From contig SVSE01000006.1 of the NCBI GenBank assembly GCA_015064445.1, positions 2,358-66,357 of the forward strand: a DNA stretch of 64,000 nucleotides, given 5' to 3'. The position numbers were made by a program, and so were the translations under genes. Under the pieces are notes generated by a model. It was not told the origin of the DNA and did not search any database. It saw only the letters and a program-made list of their open reading frames with translations. Positions 58,378-64,000 of the stretch are shown in pieces. The stretch is from Oscillospiraceae bacterium (lineage in GTDB: Bacteria > Bacillota > Clostridia > Oscillospirales > CAG-272). How positions within the stretch are numbered: the stretch's first letter is position 1; each line of letters starts with the position of its first letter.

Positions 58378-59382
58378 ATGTTCAACGATAAAAAGGTCGT
58401 GTTTTCGGGCGTTCAACCGTCAGGAAACCTTACAATAGGAAACTACCTCGGTGCAATCCGTAATTTCAGCGCATTTTCCGAGGAATATCATTGCTATTAT
58501 TGCGTTGTTGATATGCACGCAATAACAGTAAGACAAAACCCAGCAGAGCTAAGACGCAGGACCTATGAAACCTTGGCACTCTATATTGCATGTGGTCTTG
58601 ACCCAGAGAAGAATACGCTTTTTGTTCAGAGCCATGTTCCACAGCATGCAGAGCTTGGATGGATTCTTGATTGCTATACTATGTTTGGAGAGCTCTCTCG
58701 TATGACACAGTTCAAGGATAAGAGCGCAAAGAACGCAGATAACATAAACGCAGGACTCTTTACCTATCCATCACTTATGGCAGCCGATATCTTGCTCTAT
58801 CAAACAGAGCTTGTGCCTGTTGGCGTTGACCAAAAGCAACACCTTGAGCTCGCAAGAGATATCGCAAATCGCTTTAATCAAATTTATGGCGAAACCTTTG
58901 TAGTGCCTGATGGCTACATAGCAAAGGATGGCGCAAAGATTATGTCCCTTCAAGAGCCAACAAAGAAAATGAGTAAGTCCGATGCTAACGAGAACGCAGT
59001 TGTTCGTATTCTTGATAGCAAGGATGATATTATAAGAAAGTTTAAGAGAGCAGTAACTGACTCTGATAACCAAATTATCTATACCCCCGAAAAGCCAGGC
59101 ATCTCAAATCTTCTCTCGATTTATTCTTGCATTACTGATAAGACAATCGAAGAGGCAGAGAGGGAATTTGCAGGCAAGGGCTATGGAGATTTCAAGCTCG
59201 CAGTAGGCGAGGCAGTTGCAGATGGCCTTTCAAGCGTTCGTGACGAATTCGCAAGACTTATGGCAGATAAGGCATATCTTGAGCAGGTTATGGCAAAGGG
59301 CGCAGAGGACGCCTATCGTAACGCAAGACGCACAATGTCTAAGGTAAGACGCAAAATCGGCTTCACCGAAATCAAGCATTAA
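58378..59382 (+). CDS. trpS: tryptophan--tRNA ligase
   Basis: 'FSGVQPSGNLTIGNYLGA' (HIGH-type motif) and 'KMSKS'. Confidence 0.95.
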   Translation: MFNDKKVVFSGVQPSGNLTIGNYLGAIRNFSAFSEEYHCYYCVVDMHAITVRQNPAELRRRTYETLALYIACGLDPEKNTLFVQSHVPQHAELGWILDCYTMFGELSRMTQFKDKSAKNADNINAGLFTYPSLMAADILLYQTELVPVGVDQKQHLELARDIANRFNQIYGETFVVPDGYIAKDGAKIMSLQEPTKKMSKSDANENAVVRILDSKDDIIRKFKRAVTDSDNQIIYTPEKPGISNLLSIYSCITDKTIEEAEREFAGKGYGDFKLAVGEAVADGLSSVRDEFARLMADKAYLEQVMAKGAEDAYRNARRTMSKVRRKIGFTEIKH

Positions 59383-59417
59383 CAACAAAAAGCTCCGACC
59401 AAGTCGGAGCTTTTCTT

Positions 59418-60512
59418 TTACACATTAAATCTAAATAGAACGATATCGCCGTCGGCAATAACGTATTCCTTGCCCTCGGAGCGGACAAGACCCTTTTCCT
59501 TTGCGTTATTCATTGAGCCACACGCCATAAGGTCATCAAAGGAAACAATCTCTGCACGAATAAATCCACGCTCAAAGTCGGAGTGAATTTTGCCAGCTGC
59601 CTGAGGAGCCTTTGTGCCCTTGATAATTGTCCAAGCACGAACCTCCTGTGGACCTGCTGTAAGATAGCTGATAAGTCCAAGCAGAGAATAGCTTGCCTTG
59701 ATAAGCCTGTCAAGACCGCTTTCCTCGATTCCAAGGTCGCTAAGGAACATTTCCTTATCCTCATCGTCAAGCTCTGCAATTTGAGCCTCTATCTCGGCGC
59801 AAACAGGAATAACCTCGCTCTTTTCGGTCTTTGCAAACTCAACAACGCTTTGGTAATACTTATTTTGTGAAAGGTCAGTGCCAACATCGCTCTCGCTTAT
59901 GTTCGCTGCGTAAATTACAGGCTTAATTGTAAGCAAAGCTACATCGCCCATCATTTCCATCTCTTCCTCGGTATAGTCAAGAGAACGGGCTGTCTTGCCC
60001 TCCTCAAGCGCTGCGTGAACTCTCTCGAAAAGCTCAACCTTTGGTGCGAGTGTCTTGTCGCCCTTCATAGCCTTCTTAACAGCATCAATTCTGCGCTCGA
60101 TTATTTCAATATCGGAGAAGATAAGCTCCAAATTTATAGTTTCAACATCACGCATAGGATCGACACCACCATCAACATGGATAATGTCGTTGTTCTCAAA
60201 GCATCTTACAACATGAACAATAGCGTCAACCTCTCTTATGTGAGACAAGAACTTGTTTCCAAGTCCCTCGCCCTTAGACGCGCCTCTTACGAGTCCTGCA
60301 ATGTCAACAAACTCAATAACAGCAGGTGTATATTTTTCAGGATTGTACATCTTTGCAAGCTCATCAAGACGAGAGTCAGGAACGCTTACAACACCCACAT
60401 TCGGCTCAATTGTGCAGAATGGATAGTTAGCGCTTTGCGCACCTGCATTAGTCAATGCATTGAAAAGAGTACTCTTGCCAACATTAGGCAATCCAACAAT
60501 ACCAAGCTTCAT
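59418..60512 (-). CDS. ychF: ribosome-binding ATPase YchF
   Basis: 'MKLGIVGLPNVGKSTLFNALT' and the C-terminal 'GKEYVIADGDIVLFRFNV'. Confidence 0.95.
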   Translation of the reverse strand: MKLGIVGLPNVGKSTLFNALTNAGAQSANYPFCTIEPNVGVVSVPDSRLDELAKMYNPEKYTPAVIEFVDIAGLVRGASKGEGLGNKFLSHIREVDAIVHVVRCFENNDIIHVDGGVDPMRDVETINLELIFSDIEIIERRIDAVKKAMKGDKTLAPKVELFERVHAALEEGKTARSLDYTEEEMEMMGDVALLTIKPVIYAANISESDVGTDLSQNKYYQSVVEFAKTEKSEVIPVCAEIEAQIAELDDEDKEMFLSDLGIEESGLDRLIKASYSLLGLISYLTAGPQEVRAWTIIKGTKAPQAAGKIHSDFERGFIRAEIVSFDDLMACGSMNNAKEKGLVRSEGKEYVIADGDIVLFRFNV

Positions 60513-60785
60513 ATTAAATACCTCTACTTGCTTATATAATAAAAGTTCAGTACAATTTTACATTATTTTTAAGAATTTATCAAGACTAAAAGACAAATTT
60601 GCGAAAAAATATCTGAAACATTTTAAAAAATATCAATTTTTAAGTATTCATTCACGGTTTGTTCACAAAGTTTTCACAAAAATCCTTTAAAATTAAATAA
60701 ATTAAAACAAAATTATGAACAAATTATTTACAAATTCATAATTTTGTGTTACAATGTAACAAGATTGAATTCGGAGGAATGTAAA

Positions 60786-61502
60786 ATGATAGGAACAAAA
60801 ATGCTCATTATCGATAGTGATAAGAATTTTTGCGAGGTAGCAAGGCTTTATTTTAAAAACGAGGGCTACGAGGTTGTCGAGGCAAACGATGGAGTAGAGG
60901 GCGTCGAGGCATTCAAGGCATACGAGCCTGATATCGTGCTTCTCGAAAATATGCTTCCTAAAAAGGAGGGCAACGAGGTTTGCAGACAAATCCGTGCTAT
61001 TTCCTCAACACCTATTATTATGATAAGTGCAAAGGGTGATGTCTTTGATAAGGTTCTCGGACTTGAGCTTGGCGCTGATGACTATCTTGTAAAGCCCTTT
61101 GATATGAAGGAGCTTCTTGCAAGAGTAAGGGCAATTCTTCGTCGCTGTGGTGTTGCTGATGCACCTGTTGATGATAAAAACATTCTTCGCTTTGATAACC
61201 TTGAAATCAACCTTGCCCACCACGAAATCAAGGTAAAGGGCGTAACCGTAACTATGCCACATAAGGAGCTTTTGCTTCTTTACTTTATGGCACAAAACTA
61301 TAATAGAGTATATACAAGAGACCAGCTTCTTAACAAGGTTTGGAGCTTCGATTATCTTGGCGACTCTCGTACAGTCGATGTTCATATCAAGCGCCTTCGT
61401 GAAAAGCTTGAGGGAGCATCTAAAAAGTGGGAGCTTAAAACAATTTGGGGCGTAGGCTACAAATTTGAGGTTTATCCAGATAATAACGAAAAGGACGACT
61501 AA
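60786..61502 (+). CDS. OmpR/PhoB-family response regulator, atypical receiver (Glu at phospho-acceptor position), orphan
   Basis: The receiver 'MLIIDSDKNF...PDIVLLENMLPKKEG...IIMISAKG...LVKPF' is followed by the winged-helix 'RTVDVHIKRLREKL...IWGVGYKF'. The RBS GGAGG precedes the ATG at 60786. Confidence 0.85.
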   Translation: MIGTKMLIIDSDKNFCEVARLYFKNEGYEVVEANDGVEGVEAFKAYEPDIVLLENMLPKKEGNEVCRQIRAISSTPIIMISAKGDVFDKVLGLELGADDYLVKPFDMKELLARVRAILRRCGVADAPVDDKNILRFDNLEINLAHHEIKVKGVTVTMPHKELLLLYFMAQNYNRVYTRDQLLNKVWSFDYLGDSRTVDVHIKRLREKLEGASKKWELKTIWGVGYKFEVYPDNNEKDD

Positions 61503-61504
61503 TA

Positions 61505-62623
61505 ATGGAATATGTTGCAACCTGCCTTTTCGGACTTGAAAGTCTACTTGGCGAGGAAATAGATGCACTCGGCTATAAAAGAATCGAAACAATGGACGGT
61601 AGAGTTACCTTTGAGGGCGATGATAGCGCCATTGCAAGATGCAATATAGGGCTTCGCTTTGCCGAAAGACTTTATATTAAGGTTGGAGAGTTCGAGGCGC
61701 TTACCTTTGATGACCTTTTTGAGGGCACAAAGGCACTTGAATGGGAAAAATGGATAGGCAAAAATGACGAATTCCCAGTAAAGGGACATAGCATAAAAAG
61801 CGCGCTTTTCTCAATCCCCGATTGCCAAAAAATAATAAAAAGAGCAGTCGTTTCAAGGCTTACAAGGGCTTATGGAATTTCTTGGTTTGAGGAAACAGGA
61901 ATAAAGTATCAAATCGATTTCTTTATTTTCAAAAATAGAGCAACGCTTATGATAGATACCTCTGGCGTGCCACTTCATAAAAGGGGCTATCGTCCAAAGA
62001 GCGTTGAAGCGCCTATAAGAGAAACACTCGCTTGTGCACTTGCTAAGCTTGCAAGGCCAAGAGAAAATGTGTTATTTTGGGACCCATTTTGTGGCTCTGG
62101 CACTATCGCAATTGAGGCGACAATGATGATGCTAAATCGCGCACCAGGTCTTGACCGTGCATTTATTTCGCAAATCTACCCTCAATTTTCAAAGCAAATT
62201 TGGACCGACGCAAGAGAAGAGGCGAGGTCTAAAATCATAACCGATTCTTCCTTTGAGGCATACGCATCTGATATCGACCCTGAATGTGTGAAAATCGCCA
62301 CGGAAAGCGCAAAGCACGCAGGAGTGTATCAAAATATGAGGATTTTTCAGCAGGATGCGCTCACAATAAAAACCGAGGGAAGACGAGGCACAGTGGTCTG
62401 CAATCCACCATATGGCGAAAGGCTTATGACTCTGCGTGAGGCAGAGGCGCTCTATCGCAAAATGGGAGAGCACTTTAAAACCCTCGATAGCTGGCAAATC
62501 TATGTTATCACAAATCACGAGCAATTCTCGCGCTTCTACGGACGCAAGCCCGATAAGGTAAGAAAGCTCTCAAACGGTAACATTCCTTGCTATTTCTATC
62601 AATTTTTCAAAAAATTAGATTAA
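61505..62623 (+). CDS. THUMP-domain class I SAM-dependent RNA methyltransferase (RlmL/YpsC-like)
   Basis: 'DPFCGSGTIAIEA' (SAM binding) and 'VVCNPPYGERL' (NPPY). Confidence 0.85.
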   Translation: MEYVATCLFGLESLLGEEIDALGYKRIETMDGRVTFEGDDSAIARCNIGLRFAERLYIKVGEFEALTFDDLFEGTKALEWEKWIGKNDEFPVKGHSIKSALFSIPDCQKIIKRAVVSRLTRAYGISWFEETGIKYQIDFFIFKNRATLMIDTSGVPLHKRGYRPKSVEAPIRETLACALAKLARPRENVLFWDPFCGSGTIAIEATMMMLNRAPGLDRAFISQIYPQFSKQIWTDAREEARSKIITDSSFEAYASDIDPECVKIATESAKHAGVYQNMRIFQQDALTIKTEGRRGTVVCNPPYGERLMTLREAEALYRKMGEHFKTLDSWQIYVITNHEQFSRFYGRKPDKVRKLSNGNIPCYFYQFFKKLD

Positions 62624-62672
62624 AAACCAAATCTCCGCAAATACTATGAAAAAAGTATTGCGGAGGTTTTTT

Positions 62673-64000
62673 ATGCGCAAATTCTCGCCCGATTTCACGA
62701 TAAATATCGACACCTTGGATAGCGAGCTTAATGTAAGAGAAAATTTTGATATAATAAAGCGCGAAATGCTAATAAACTCGCACAGAGTAGTTATGTATTA
62801 TGTCGATGGCTTTGTCAGCGCAGCCATAATGCAAAAGCTTATGATGCACCTCTCGACTGTAAAGGAGTTTGGCGCAACCGAGGCAAGAACCGTCGAGGAT
62901 TTTGTAAAGCAAAGCGTGCCAAGCGTTGAGGTTGATGCCTGCTACGATATTGATAAGGCGGAAAAATTCGTCCTTAGTGGTTGCTCGCTTATCGTTTCAG
63001 ATGTCTTTTATGATGGCGCAATTATCGTCGATGCGCGCTCGTATCCCGCGAGAGTCACCGCCGAGCCGGAAAACGACAAGGTAATGCGTGGCTCTCGTGA
63101 TGGCTTTGTTGAAACTATGCTTTTCAATACTGCTATGATAAGACGCAGAATAAGAGATACCAACCTCGTTGTCAAGTATGCAAGCGTTGGCGAAAGCTCG
63201 AAAACTGATATATCAATCGTTTATATAAAGGGCAAGGCAAATCCCAAATATGTAAAAGAAATCGAAAAGAGAATAAGCGAAATAAAAACCGACGCACTCG
63301 TTATGGGACACCAAAGTCTTATCGAATGTCTTATAAGACATAAATGGTATAATCCGTTCCCAAAGGTAAGATGCACGGAGCGCCCTGATAGCGCCTGCGC
63401 CTCAATTTTAGAGGGAAGCATAATAGTTATTTGTGACAACTCCCCAGAGGCGCTAATTCTGCCAACGGGCATTTTCGATTTCTTGCAGGAAACGGACGAT
63501 TATTATTTTCCACCATTCACAGGCTCGTATCTTAGAATAGTAAGACAACTCGTTTTTTGGAGTGCCATTGTGTTAATTCCTGTGTGGTATTTGCTAATCA
63601 CAAATCCTCATTTAATGCCACAGGGTCTCGAATTTTTGATTCCAAGAGATGCAGGAAACATTCCCATTTTGGCACAGCTTCTCATTGTTGAACTCGTAAT
63701 AGATGGCTTAAAGCTCGCCTCTCTTAACACACCGAGCGTTATGTCAAACTCCTTTGGAGTTATCGGTGGACTTTTGCTTGGAGATTTTGCAGTGCAGGTA
63801 GGCTGGCTAAGCGCAGATGTTATCTTCTATATGGCAATTGTGTCAATGGCATCATTTACGCAGTCAAATTATGAGCTTGGCTATGCCTTTAAATTCGTGC
63901 GAATGATAACACTTATTTTAATCGCCCTCTTCGATGTGTGGGGGTTCGTTGCAGGTATGCTAATAGGCATAATTTTAATAGCCACAAACCCTACAATAAA
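62673..64000 (+). CDS. GerA-family spore germination protein (SpoVAF/GerAA-like), 3'-truncated by window end
   Basis: The frame is open from the ATG at 62673 to the window end, which is why it is not in the ORF track. It carries 'EPENDKVMRGSRDGFVETMLFNTAMIRRRIRD' and a C-terminal TM region. The SD GGAGG lies in the 3' arm of the upstream terminator hairpin (62632-62668). Confidence 0.8.
   Translation, partial: MRKFSPDFTINIDTLDSELNVRENFDIIKREMLINSHRVVMYYVDGFVSAAIMQKLMMHLSTVKEFGATEARTVEDFVKQSVPSVEVDACYDIDKAEKFVLSGCSLIVSDVFYDGAIIVDARSYPARVTAEPENDKVMRGSRDGFVETMLFNTAMIRRRIRDTNLVVKYASVGESSKTDISIVYIKGKANPKYVKEIEKRISEIKTDALVMGHQSLIECLIRHKWYNPFPKVRCTERPDSACASILEGSIIVICDNSPEALILPTGIFDFLQETDDYYFPPFTGSYLRIVRQLVFWSAIVLIPVWYLLITNPHLMPQGLEFLIPRDAGNIPILAQLLIVELVIDGLKLASLNTPSVMSNSFGVIGGLLLGDFAVQVGWLSADVIFYMAIVSMASFTQSNYELGYAFKFVRMITLILIALFDVWGFVAGMLIGIILIATNPTI

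Overview
This 64-kb window looks like chromosome from a spore-forming Clostridia/Bacillota bacterium that degrades plant glycans. Supporting genes are SpoIVA, YtvI and a GerA-family protein, plus cytoplasmic GH78, GH51, two GH43 and a GH3. Most of the window is ordinary core genome. That includes the rpsL-rpsG-fusA-tuf block, ftsZ, ligA, cca, trpS, ychF, ung, a tRNA Gly-Arg-His operon, a Trp T-box controlling a lone trpB, an amino-acid ABC transporter, SulP and housekeeping hydrolases. The accessory part is the first ~7 kb. It holds two very AT-rich blocks: a Dam-like methyltransferase with a 129-aa remnant ORF, and an HTH gene overlapping a glycine-zipper membrane-protein gene. These blocks flank a GH78 rhamnosidase that is itself bracketed by 96-nt direct repeats, and a zinc-ribbon membrane protein follows. 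My best candidate for an undescribed system is the HTH plus glycine-zipper cassette at 4171-5627, possibly together with the zinc-ribbon/TM protein at 5719-7017. The adjacent ~200-nt helix-rich non-coding element (3967-4170) is also of interest. The second structural oddity is an array of about 9 copies of a 10-12-nt motif (TGTATATCATCA) in both orientations, interleaved with short unique hairpins, downstream of the tRNA operon (37303-37549). A smaller related array lies at 30646-30727. Other observations are an in-frame TGA in the ABC substrate-binding gene, an orphan OmpR-type response regulator with Glu at the phospho-acceptor position, a C39-like protein lacking the expected Cys/His, and several intergenic repeats. 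All functional calls come from motifs read by eye. No database searches were run, and start codons were chosen from RBS context.
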